From NCBI GenBank assembly GCA_024280495.1, contig JAJRPZ010000068.1, forward strand, positions 1 through 42,481: a DNA stretch of 42,481 nt, read 5' to 3'. Below the pieces are notes generated by a model. It made no database searches. It saw nothing but the letters and a program-made list of their open reading frames with translations, and was not told the DNA's origin. Both the position numbers and the translations under genes were made by a program. Shown in pieces: positions 9,202 to 17,384 of this stretch. Position 1 is the stretch's first letter. Each line of letters begins with the position of its first letter. The DNA is from Alphaproteobacteria bacterium (GTDB lineage: Bacteria > Pseudomonadota > Alphaproteobacteria > Caedimonadales > UBA9215).

Positions 9202-9969
9202 ATGAAAAACCAAATTTCAAAAAAATCTATTTTTGCACTATTATCAACTGTTGCAGTTCTAGGAAGTGTAACAGTTCAAGCAACTAACTATGACTATGAT
9301 GACGATGATTTTTATTATCACAATATGGGCTTTGGTGGGGAATCTCAAGATATCTCCTTTATTCCTACTCCTAGTGAAACAAACGAGATTATTACTAATG
9401 CTCCAAAACAAATAGGAGACTCAGTGGTTTCTAAAATTGAAGAATATGTTCCTGGAGGATCTTACCTAACGGGTGCGACAAAGAAATTTTCAGGTTTTTT
9501 CGGTTACGGCTCTTTGACTGAAATGGTTGTAGATACGGCTAGCAAACCTTTTAAAATTAAAAAAGATGAGTGTCCTGATACTTATACAGGATATGTAAAA
9601 GAACTAGCAATTCAAAATGCAAATAGTTTTGTAGGATTTTTTCCAGGCATAACAAAGGATGACGCAAAGGTCGTTAAAAAAATATTTTCTATACTGAAAA
9701 AATATGATCATGAAAAAGATACCTTAGAAGATATTATAGAACGTGAACTTATTAATAAAATACCATCAGGTTCTAAGATTGGTGGTATGACAGCCAAGCA
9801 ACTCGTTGATCGTCTTGTTCCAGGTGGTGAATACATAACAACTGCCACTGGTTTTCTTGCTAAAAAAACAACGGGTAAAGATACGTTAACAGAAGCCGTA
9901 CTCGCAAACATGGGAGGGATTTTTGACTATGACTTCAAAGATTTCTTTTATGCACAATACGGTAATTAA
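9202..9969 (+). CDS. secreted hypothetical protein with an internal duplication (VPGG-x-Y-x-T-x-AT ... LTE module) and an aromatic/Gly C-terminal tail
   Basis: 255 aa. AAGGG RBS 8 nt upstream. Sec-type signal MKNQISKKSIFALLSTVAVLGSVTVQA/TN. No recognisable catalytic motif. Confidence 0.7.
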   Translation: MKNQISKKSIFALLSTVAVLGSVTVQATNYDYDDDDFYYHNMGFGGESQDISFIPTPSETNEIITNAPKQIGDSVVSKIEEYVPGGSYLTGATKKFSGFFGYGSLTEMVVDTASKPFKIKKDECPDTYTGYVKELAIQNANSFVGFFPGITKDDAKVVKKIFSILKKYDHEKDTLEDIIERELINKIPSGSKIGGMTAKQLVDRLVPGGEYITTATGFLAKKTTGKDTLTEAVLANMGGIFDYDFKDFFYAQYGN

Positions 9970-10100
9970 TAAGAATTTCCCCCTATGAGGAATCTTCATC
10001 GGGGGATTCATAAAAAAGAATTTGCATTATTGACAATATGTCATTATATATTATGCAGTGAATAATAAATATAACATTTAAATCATTAGGGGATTTAACT

Positions 10101-11303
10101 ATGATGAAAAAACAACTAACAGCCTTTATTTTTGGCTCAACCGCCTTGGTAACTTCTATGAGCTTTTTGCCATTAGCAGATGTTCATGCGGGTAATTTCA
10201 CAGACTCTTTAGACATGAACAACCTTTCAAGAAGTGTTTTTGCTAATCCTGGTCAGGCCCGTGGCCATTCGGAAAATTTGTTTAATTCCATGCGTCATGA
10301 TAATAAAGTAAATGCATCAGCTTATACAAACGTTTCCATGTCAAAAGAGGATAAAATCCTTTGGGCAGCAAAATCAGCGGCTGCTACATACCGTTATATG
10401 GGTAGTGACACTGATACTGATCAATTTAAGGCTAATGGCAAAGTTTCAATAGAAAAGCGTCTTGATCTTGGTGAGCAATATGTGTTCGGTGGAACAAATA
10501 TTGAAGGAGACGAGTTCTCTCAGGGTGGCCACATATTTTATAAGTGGAACAAGGAAACTGGACGTCACGAATTGAATGTTGCATTTCGTGGTACAGAAAC
10601 TGGTGCGGACTGGGGATATAACTTTGATGTGAAAAAAGCTAAAAATGTCTTTTTCGCAGGAAAAGAAATGTCTTTACATTCTGGATTTTACAACCGTTAC
10701 ATGGCCATGAGAGACTCTTTAACAAAAAATATTAGTAAAATATTGCTAGAAAAAAATATTACAGATTTTAGCAAACTTGATATTACTGTTACGGGGCATA
10801 GTCTTGGTGCTGGCCTTGCTGGTATTGGAGCCGTTGATTTAAAATATTATTTTAATCAAATTGCTCGTTTTCATAAGTCAGAACCAGTTACATCATTTGA
10901 TGTTATCACATTCGCACAACCAAGATTTGCAGGAGAAAGAACTGCAAAGTGGATTAGTAATTATTTAGGTAATGACCATATCACCAGAATTTGGGGGTCA
11001 TATGATCCAGTAGCTGCTGTTGGCCTTGGAAAAATGGGTTATAAACATGTTGGACGCAGCGGTGGATATATGCTGGATAACCTCAGTTGGGTTATATCTA
11101 AAGACTATAAAGCCCTTCACTCCATGGGTAATTACTTAGATGCAATCTTGAACAAACAAAAATTAATTCACTACAAGGGAAAAGTTCATGGTGTCGGGCG
11201 TCAAGCTACGAGAGCTGCTAATGCACTTAAAAGCCAAGCCACGAAAGCAACTAAAGGTGTTACAAATATCTTTAAAAATGCCTGGGGAAAAGTTTGGGGC
11301 TAA
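10101..11303 (+). CDS. secreted class-3 (fungal-type) lipase family protein
   Basis: 400 aa. AGGGGA RBS. Signal peptide ...SMSFLPLADVHA/GN. Nucleophile elbow ITVTGHSLGAGLAG preceded by AFRGTE, as in Lipase_3 proteins. Confidence 0.85.
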   Translation: MMKKQLTAFIFGSTALVTSMSFLPLADVHAGNFTDSLDMNNLSRSVFANPGQARGHSENLFNSMRHDNKVNASAYTNVSMSKEDKILWAAKSAAATYRYMGSDTDTDQFKANGKVSIEKRLDLGEQYVFGGTNIEGDEFSQGGHIFYKWNKETGRHELNVAFRGTETGADWGYNFDVKKAKNVFFAGKEMSLHSGFYNRYMAMRDSLTKNISKILLEKNITDFSKLDITVTGHSLGAGLAGIGAVDLKYYFNQIARFHKSEPVTSFDVITFAQPRFAGERTAKWISNYLGNDHITRIWGSYDPVAAVGLGKMGYKHVGRSGGYMLDNLSWVISKDYKALHSMGNYLDAILNKQKLIHYKGKVHGVGRQATRAANALKSQATKATKGVTNIFKNAWGKVWG

Positions 11304-11327
11304 CCTAAGAAGCTAAAACAAATAAAA

Positions 11328-11352
11328 GGCGGCAAAGGTCGTCTTTTTTTTT
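11328..11352 (+). terminator. rho-independent terminator after the lipase gene
   Basis: GGCGGC-AAAG-GTCGTC hairpin (two G-U pairs) followed by T9 at 11344-11352. Confidence 0.55.
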
Positions 11353-11502
11353 GCAAAAAAAACATTCTAACTGACAAGTAATTAAATAATTAATGTGTTT
11401 TTTATTATTTTGAACTTGAATATTAAAGTATTAATAACTATATATTTAATGGACTAGGTTTGACATAAGCAACAATTATTTTTTAATAAGGGGAATATGA
11501 AT

Positions 11503-13479
11503 ATGAAGAGACAAATTAGTGTAGGCGCGATCATTATTAGCATGGTTTTTTTTGCACCTAATGCATATGCAACGTCAATTTCTGTTGAGAATGAAGAAAG
11601 TTTTGTAACAAGTCGTGGCATAAATGTTTCAACATTACAAGATTGTCAATATGACTCAGCCTCTTTTAGAGTGAGAGCTGACAAATCTAATTTACCCCAT
11701 GAAAAACGTCGTATTCTTTCCTTAGATGGTGGCGGTATTCGCGGGCTTTATGAAATTGCTATGCTGGCCGTTTTAGAAGAAATTATTTTATCTAATAATG
11801 TCGGCAACCCAGACGCTCGCATTTCGGATTATTTTGACGTTGCTGGTGGCACATCGACAGGTTCCATTCTTGCAGCAGGTCTATTTTACGAAGGTAGTCA
11901 AGGCACAAAATATTCTGCCATTGACCTTTTGAAACTATATTCACGTTATGGTAGTGAGATTTTTGATGATCACAAAAAAACACTCGGTGGTGCATATGGT
12001 TCAAAATACACAGCAACTGGTCTAAATGATTTATTGGTCGCGCACTTTAATGATGATCACCTTAATAATACAGTTGTGGATAATTTTGGTGATCCAAAAC
12101 ATATTTATGTTATTGGATTCGATTGCAGTGAGCATAAACCTGCTGTTTTCTCCACGACTCCACTTGAAAATCCCCTTGAACGTCAATACAATTACCATAC
12201 TCGTGCATTAGTTGAAGCTATTGGCGTATCAACAGCAGCACCAGTTTTCTTTCCTGCATGTGATGTTATAAAAAACTATAAAACTGTTCAAATGAAAGAT
12301 GGTGGCTTGGTTGCCAACAATCCTTCCTACCTTGTGTATCAAGCAGAAAATTCAAGCTATGGTGGCATAACTGGTGCAAATTATGAAATTTACTCCTTCG
12401 GAACGGGTGTTACTCCTATTGAGATGGGCGAAAATAACATGGGAGTTACTGCTGTTAAGCCCCTAATAGAAGAAGTTTTTTCGGCACAGGTTAGTGCTAC
12501 AGTAAGAAGCTGTTACGATGAAGTCATCACACCCAATAGTAAGTTAACTTACTTTGTCCGATTTCAACCTCAACTTGAAAAGGGTATGGGGGAAATGGAT
12601 GATACCAGTGATTCTTATGTAAATTATGCAATAAACAAAGCATATGAAGTGGTGAAAGGAGAGGTGTTTGCAGATATGTTGATCCAGCTTGGTCTTGAGA
12701 CTCCAGAAAATTTCGACGAAATATTTAATGATATTGGATTTAAACTCCATTCTCTTTCGTCAAAAAAGTATGAAAACTTTAAATATTTTGAAAAAAAATG
12801 GCTCCTTCGAGAAATATCTAAACTTAACTTTGAGCTATTTGAAAATGTAAATGTCAACGGTGAAATTTTAACCGATGAGGAAACTGTTTCCATATTGTTT
12901 GCAGCTATGGGCACGGCTGAAAAAGAAAACGAGGCAATGTTTAATAAGATTTTATCTTTATTTAAGACCACAAAAAATGACTTTATCTCTCAAGTCATAC
13001 CAAGAGGTCTAGATTTTCACAATAAAGTAAAATCACGTGAGACATTGAATATCGACGAAGAGCCTTTAGCTGGCTTAGTTAAAGATATTTTTGCTGAATT
13101 TAGAGAGTTGTGTGATTCTAAATCAAATGAGAATGGTTACACCTATTATGAACATAAGAGTAAATATATAGATCTTGTTGCCGATATATATTGGAAAAAT
13201 AAATTAAAAAATATAAAAGGAGAGGATGCTTTTAATTATTTAAATGATTTATACCGATCACTCTTTAAAGAAGCCGTAAATACCAATATTGAAAAAGCAA
13301 AACTTAATAAATGGGTAGCTGAAGTCTTTTATGCGTCACGTGAATTTATTCTTAAGGATCAACTTGCCGCTTATATCAAAAAATATTTCCCTAATGAAGA
13401 CTTTACTGAATTGAGCTCAAAAGTTGGTGATAAAGTTGGAGAAATATTTGATTATTTCAAAGGTTGGTTCGGCTATTAA
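11503..13479 (+). CDS. secreted patatin-like phospholipase with a ~250-aa uncharacterised C-terminal extension
   Basis: Oxyanion motif LSLDGGGIRG, nucleophile GGTSTGS (G-x-S-x-G) and catalytic Asp in MKDGGLVANNP. Signal peptide ...FFAPNAYA/TS. The AAGGGG RBS spacing favours ATG 11503 over ATG 11497. Confidence 0.88.
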   Translation: MKRQISVGAIIISMVFFAPNAYATSISVENEESFVTSRGINVSTLQDCQYDSASFRVRADKSNLPHEKRRILSLDGGGIRGLYEIAMLAVLEEIILSNNVGNPDARISDYFDVAGGTSTGSILAAGLFYEGSQGTKYSAIDLLKLYSRYGSEIFDDHKKTLGGAYGSKYTATGLNDLLVAHFNDDHLNNTVVDNFGDPKHIYVIGFDCSEHKPAVFSTTPLENPLERQYNYHTRALVEAIGVSTAAPVFFPACDVIKNYKTVQMKDGGLVANNPSYLVYQAENSSYGGITGANYEIYSFGTGVTPIEMGENNMGVTAVKPLIEEVFSAQVSATVRSCYDEVITPNSKLTYFVRFQPQLEKGMGEMDDTSDSYVNYAINKAYEVVKGEVFADMLIQLGLETPENFDEIFNDIGFKLHSLSSKKYENFKYFEKKWLLREISKLNFELFENVNVNGEILTDEETVSILFAAMGTAEKENEAMFNKILSLFKTTKNDFISQVIPRGLDFHNKVKSRETLNIDEEPLAGLVKDIFAEFRELCDSKSNENGYTYYEHKSKYIDLVADIYWKNKLKNIKGEDAFNYLNDLYRSLFKEAVNTNIEKAKLNKWVAEVFYASREFILKDQLAAYIKKYFPNEDFTELSSKVGDKVGEIFDYFKGWFGY

Positions 13480-13518
13480 CAGTTGAAATCATAAATAAGA
13501 AAGATAACTAGCAAACAT

Positions 13519-13542
13519 CCGCGGGGCAAGCCCCGCGGTTTT
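13519..13542 (+). terminator. rho-independent terminator after the patatin gene
   Basis: Perfect 8-bp GC-rich stem CCGCGGGG/CCCCGCGG, loop CAAG, then TTTT. Confidence 0.75.
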
Positions 13543-13568
13543 ACATCAGCTTTATAAAGGACTATATT

Positions 13569-14654
13569 ATGGAATTAAGTAAGAAATTATTTGTCGCAGT
13601 TTTATCATTTTGGTCTATTGCTGGCAATGCCACGTCTATAGATACTGATAATTCAGAATTAATAACACAAAAAAGTTATAGCGAAATCTTACCTCTTGAG
13701 AAACAGCAATACCTTACTGATCTCGGTTACCACGTTCTAGGACGTTTGACCCATGGTGAGGAAATTGATTTTCAAAATGAAACTTTTTTTGACGGTTTAA
13801 ACTTAAATGAATTTAAAGCTGACGTGGAATATTCGAAATTGGCTAAATTTGCCATTTTTTCAAATAATACTCGTTGGTTACTCTCAAGTTCCGATGATTC
13901 CTATAATCAAGAACGCAAAAATCGATTGACGGCAATTGCTGCCATCATGTGGGCTTTCACTGATCTTTCTCATAAGAAAAATAGTGTTTTTTCAAGGGGG
14001 GCTTATACAATAATGGACCCTAACCATAATGTTGCTAATTTTTTTATGGATTACGTAAAGCTTGTAACGGGGTCAGATAATCCAACTGAAACACACTGTG
14101 CCCTAACAAAAAGCAATTTTGCCTATCGCAGACTTCCAGAAAAAGGCGGATCAAGTCATCACAAAGGACGCACACCCTTGGGGCAATTTGGAATTGATCT
14201 ACGTTTTGAATCTTGGGAAACTTTGATGAGTATATTGCCTTTTTCCATGGCACATATTTTATTTGGCCAATTAGATATAGAAGAAGACCAACACCTTTTA
14301 TTTGTAAAACCAGAACCCGTTGGCCTCGGAAGTAAAGGTGAGTTTATGGATCACAGCTGTCATTTTTTAAACAGTGGTCATGTTGAAAATGATACACGTC
14401 GTGAAAAAGATATTAATCCAAAAATAATAACAGCATTTCAAAATATTATAGAAACATCCGATTTGGAAAATTCAGCCACTACTGTAAGAGATATGATATT
14501 AACCGCAAAAGAAATTGAAAATAAAAATTTTATTTCAGAAACAACAAGAGGTGCAATAAATGATTTCAATGATGTTATTGAAAGCTTATATTCAGAAGAT
14601 AACAATGAAATTCGCATTGGTAACGAAGTTATCCTAGACTTAAGTCAACTTTAA
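13569..14654 (+). CDS. secreted hypothetical protein (no recognisable domain)
   Basis: 361 aa. AAAGGA RBS 8 nt upstream. Signal peptide MELSKKLFVAVLSFWSIAGNA/TS. It has its own terminator-bounded upstream region. Confidence 0.7.
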   Translation: MELSKKLFVAVLSFWSIAGNATSIDTDNSELITQKSYSEILPLEKQQYLTDLGYHVLGRLTHGEEIDFQNETFFDGLNLNEFKADVEYSKLAKFAIFSNNTRWLLSSSDDSYNQERKNRLTAIAAIMWAFTDLSHKKNSVFSRGAYTIMDPNHNVANFFMDYVKLVTGSDNPTETHCALTKSNFAYRRLPEKGGSSHHKGRTPLGQFGIDLRFESWETLMSILPFSMAHILFGQLDIEEDQHLLFVKPEPVGLGSKGEFMDHSCHFLNSGHVENDTRREKDINPKIITAFQNIIETSDLENSATTVRDMILTAKEIENKNFISETTRGAINDFNDVIESLYSEDNNEIRIGNEVILDLSQL

Positions 14655-14732
14655 ATATTTTATGAGGGGGTCTTGCATTCAAAGCGAGATCTGTTCTATA
14701 AATAAAGAGATCTGTATTTAAGAGGATTTCAC

Positions 14733-15248
14733 ATGTCACCACTTCCTTATTATGAAAAAGCCTGTAATGAAAATCAACCAGGCTCTATTTTCGCCCATTG
14801 GAACTGGTCTGCTTTTCTTTTTGGTCCCCTTTGGTTTGCCTATCGCAAAAGTTATTTCTACGCCTTCCTATTTCTATATGTAGAGATTCTTTATGGTGCT
14901 TTCCTTGTGGAATTAGGGTCTGGATTTTTTCAATATAAACTCACGGCCCTCCTCCCCCTTCGTATTCTCATTGGTTTTGTTGGAACCTCTTTATACCTTA
15001 GAAAATGGATAAATGGACGCCGATCCCATGCTAAACACACGTCTATTATAGCCTTAATTTTATTTAGTATCTTTAATGCAATGTTTTCCAATGCCCTTCT
15101 TGAAAAGCCCGTCTTTCCTGATGTGACCTGGCCTTTAAAACGTGAATTTTACTACTACTATTATGATGACCGTACCAATGGTACTATCTCTATAGAGTCA
15201 GAAAAAACCATGAAAAAAGTGAAAGAATCTCCTTATTTTGAGGTATAA
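14733..15248 (+). CDS. DUF2628 domain-containing membrane protein
   Basis: HWNWSAFLFGPLWFAYRKSYFY is the DUF2628 signature, with further TM segments. Unusual Tyr/Asp run EFYYYYYDD near the C-terminus. Confidence 0.7.
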   Translation: MSPLPYYEKACNENQPGSIFAHWNWSAFLFGPLWFAYRKSYFYAFLFLYVEILYGAFLVELGSGFFQYKLTALLPLRILIGFVGTSLYLRKWINGRRSHAKHTSIIALILFSIFNAMFSNALLEKPVFPDVTWPLKREFYYYYYDDRTNGTISIESEKTMKKVKESPYFEV

Positions 15249-15314
15249 CCCTCGTTAAAAACTTGCATCGATACCATAAAAACGATACAAAATAGTATTC
15301 ATATTTTTAATTCA

Positions 15315-16148
15315 ATGGAATTTATTGACATGCCTGTAGATGCAAACGGATTAATGACTGGTAAACGTGGAATTATTTTGGGCGTTGCCAATAAAAACTC
15401 CCTTGCGTGGGGGATCGCACAACAGCTTCATGATCAAGGTGCAGAAATTGCTTTTACCTATGCTGGTGACGCCCTTAAAAAACGTGTTGAGCCCCTGGCG
15501 GAAAGCATAAATTCTAATCTTGTTTTACCTTGCGATGTCACTAAGGAAGAAGATATCAAATCCGTTTTTCAAACATTAAAGGAGAAATGGGGCACCATTG
15601 ATTTTATTCTCCATGCCATTGGATTTTCAGACAAAAATCAGCTCTCTGGCTATTATTACGAAACAACCCGTGATAATTTTCTGATGACCATGGATATTTC
15701 TTGTTTTTCCCTCACGGCAATTGCACGAGAAGCAGCCCCCCTTATGAATGAAGGCGGTAGTATTTTAACATTAACTTATTATGGGTCGGAAAAAGTTATG
15801 CCCCATTATAATGTCATGGGTGTTGCCAAAGCTGCCCTTGAGGCAAGTGTTAGGTATCTTGCAGCGGACCTAGGTCCCAAACAAATTCGTGTCAACGCCC
15901 TTTCTGCAGGTCCCGTTAAAACATTAGCTGCCGCTGGCATTAGTGATTTCCGCCAAATACTTCAGTGGAACGAACAAAATTCTCCCTTGCGCCGTAATAT
16001 TGGCCTGGATGAAGTTGGTAAATCGGGTCTGTATCTTTTGAGTGACTTATCCAGTGGCGTAACTGGTGAAAACCATCATGTGGATTGTGGGTATCACACA
16101 GTTGGCATGAAGGCTATTAATCCATCCCATGATACAAAAGTTGATTAA
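15315..16148 (+). CDS. fabI: enoyl-[acyl-carrier-protein] reductase (NADH) FabI
   Basis: GKRGIILGVANKNSLAWGIA glycine-rich N-terminus, YNVMGVAKAALE (Tyr-x6-Lys), SAGPVKTLAA. The start could be ATG 15330. Confidence 0.92.
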   Translation: MEFIDMPVDANGLMTGKRGIILGVANKNSLAWGIAQQLHDQGAEIAFTYAGDALKKRVEPLAESINSNLVLPCDVTKEEDIKSVFQTLKEKWGTIDFILHAIGFSDKNQLSGYYYETTRDNFLMTMDISCFSLTAIAREAAPLMNEGGSILTLTYYGSEKVMPHYNVMGVAKAALEASVRYLAADLGPKQIRVNALSAGPVKTLAAAGISDFRQILQWNEQNSPLRRNIGLDEVGKSGLYLLSDLSSGVTGENHHVDCGYHTVGMKAINPSHDTKVD

Positions 16149-16153
16149 TATAA

Positions 16154-16906
16154 ATGCCTAAAGCCCTTCCTTCCCCTCAGATGTTATCAGAGCTTAACCC
16201 TGACGCCATACCACGTCACGTAGCTTTGATTATGGATGGGAACGGGCGCTGGGCAAGTGAACGCCATCAGCCTCGACTTTTTGGACATAAAAAAGGCGTG
16301 GAGGCCCTTAAAAAAGCTATAAATTATGCACTTAAGGCTAACATTCCTTTTTTAAGTGCTTGGGCTTTTTCTACGGCAAATTGGAAGCGTCCCAAATCCG
16401 AAGTTTCGGGTCTCATGACTATTTTACGTCATACTCTTGAAAAAGATATCGATGAATTTCATGAGAAAGGTATTTGCCTTCGCGTTATCGGTTTTTTGAA
16501 TGACCTGGATAAAAACTTACAAAAAATCATCCAGAACGCACAAGAACGCACTAAAAATAATTCCGCACTCACCCTTATTATTCATTTTAACTATGATGGC
16601 CGAAAAGACATGGTTCAAGCCGTTCAAAAGCTCAGTGAAAAGGTAAAATCAGGGGAAATATTATCAGAGAGTATCACCGAAGATATGATCAGCCAAAACA
16701 CACTCATGGCAGAATTTACTGACCCTGAACTTCTCATTAGAACTTCTGGAGTTGTTCGCCTGAGTAATTACATGATGTGGCAATGTGCCTTTACAGAGCT
16801 TGTTTTTATTGAAAAGAACTGGCCTGATTTCACAGAAGAGGATTTTCATGGCGCGCTGCTCAAATTTCAAAAAACAGCTCGTAATTTTGGGCAAGTTTCC
16901 ACATAG
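16154..16906 (+). CDS. uppS: isoprenyl transferase / undecaprenyl-diphosphate synthase
   Basis: IPRHVALIMDGNGRWA, FSTANWKRP and LLIRTSG..RLSN motifs. Confidence 0.95.
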   Translation: MPKALPSPQMLSELNPDAIPRHVALIMDGNGRWASERHQPRLFGHKKGVEALKKAINYALKANIPFLSAWAFSTANWKRPKSEVSGLMTILRHTLEKDIDEFHEKGICLRVIGFLNDLDKNLQKIIQNAQERTKNNSALTLIIHFNYDGRKDMVQAVQKLSEKVKSGEILSESITEDMISQNTLMAEFTDPELLIRTSGVVRLSNYMMWQCAFTELVFIEKNWPDFTEEDFHGALLKFQKTARNFGQVST

Positions 16907-16994
16907 AGTCATTTCAAAAAGGTTCCATATTGCATCTGCCTCCCTATTCTGATGTAGCTACCCTAAGTTATGACTCATAAATTAGGAGCATCCA

Positions 16995-17290
16995 ATGACA
17001 AAAAGACAAATAACCCATTATCCCAATGAATTCAAAAAATCCCCAGCTAAGTTGGCAGTTGAATCCAAGGAATCAGTTGCCCAGATAGCTAAAAACCTTG
17101 GCGTTCACGTTGCAACCCTCCATGGCTGGGTCAAAAAATATAATCCCAAGACCACACCATCTGTAAAAAAATTTCACAGAACTGCCCCTTAGAAGAGCTG
17201 AAGCAACTTAGAAAAGAAAACGCACGCTTATGTGAGAAACGGGATATCTTTAAAAAAAGCAGCGTCAAATGTGTCCGTAAAAAGGTTGAC
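16995..17290 (+). mobile_element. degraded IS3-family transposase OrfA remnant (HTH plus leucine-zipper part only, frameshifted, no OrfB)
   Basis: MTKRQITHYPNEFKKSPAKLAVESKESVAQIAKNLGVHVATLHGWVKKY matches the Transposase_8 HTH pattern. It continues in another frame as EELKQLRKENARLCEKRDIFKK, and LKKAAS is in a third frame around an A7 run. No DDE integrase follows. Confidence 0.7.
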
Positions 17291-17384
17291 ACATCAATCA
17301 CTCGTGGTTTTAATCCTCCTTATATCTGTTATAGTGACAATATTACTATTGCTAAAAACACCCAACCAGATGGACCTAAATATA

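Noticed and set aside
9978-10006. Hairpin TCCCCC...GGGGGA with inner stem ATGAGG/CTTCAT after the first island gene, as an intrinsic terminator
   Set aside because: There is no U-tract after the stem (followed by TTCATAAAAAAG). It may still be a structural element, but it does not meet the rho-independent terminator pattern.
9089-11376. TGACAA / TTGACA boxes upstream of the three island genes (9089, 10030, 11371) as a shared regulatory motif
   Set aside because: Distances to the start codons differ (108, 66 and 121 nt). Downstream -10 candidates are poor or inconsistent, and such hexamers are expected by chance in AT-rich spacers.
11503-13479. Patatin-like phospholipase as a CBASS (CapV-like) or other anti-phage defence effector
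   Set aside because: It carries a clear Sec signal peptide. There is no cyclase/CD-NTase, SAVED, STING or other sensor gene nearby, and its neighbours are also exported hydrolases. It fits a secreted effector, not a cytoplasmic abortive-infection enzyme.
13569-14654. PLD-type HKD motif (SSHHKGRTPL..GID) or CX5R phosphatase motif (CALTKSNF) in the orphan secreted protein
   Set aside because: Spacing does not fit. There is no Asp at H-x-K-x4-D and no Arg six residues after the Cys.
14686-14714. Direct repeat GAGATCTG ... GAGATCTG upstream of the DUF2628 gene (possible operator, att site or mini-CRISPR)
   Set aside because: There are only two 8-bp copies, each containing the palindrome AGATCT, and no matching copy at the left side of the island. 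That is too short to distinguish from chance. No CRISPR-like arrays exist anywhere in the window.
17232-17384. Possible 51-aa N-terminal extension of LpxI from GTG 17232, containing a very hydrophobic stretch (LVVLILLISVIVTILLLL)
   Set aside because: This segment overlaps the decayed IS3 orfA remnant. Known LpxI proteins begin just before the KIGIVAG motif, and ATG 17385 gives the canonical length. It remains conceivable as an IS-derived membrane anchor, but nothing supports it.
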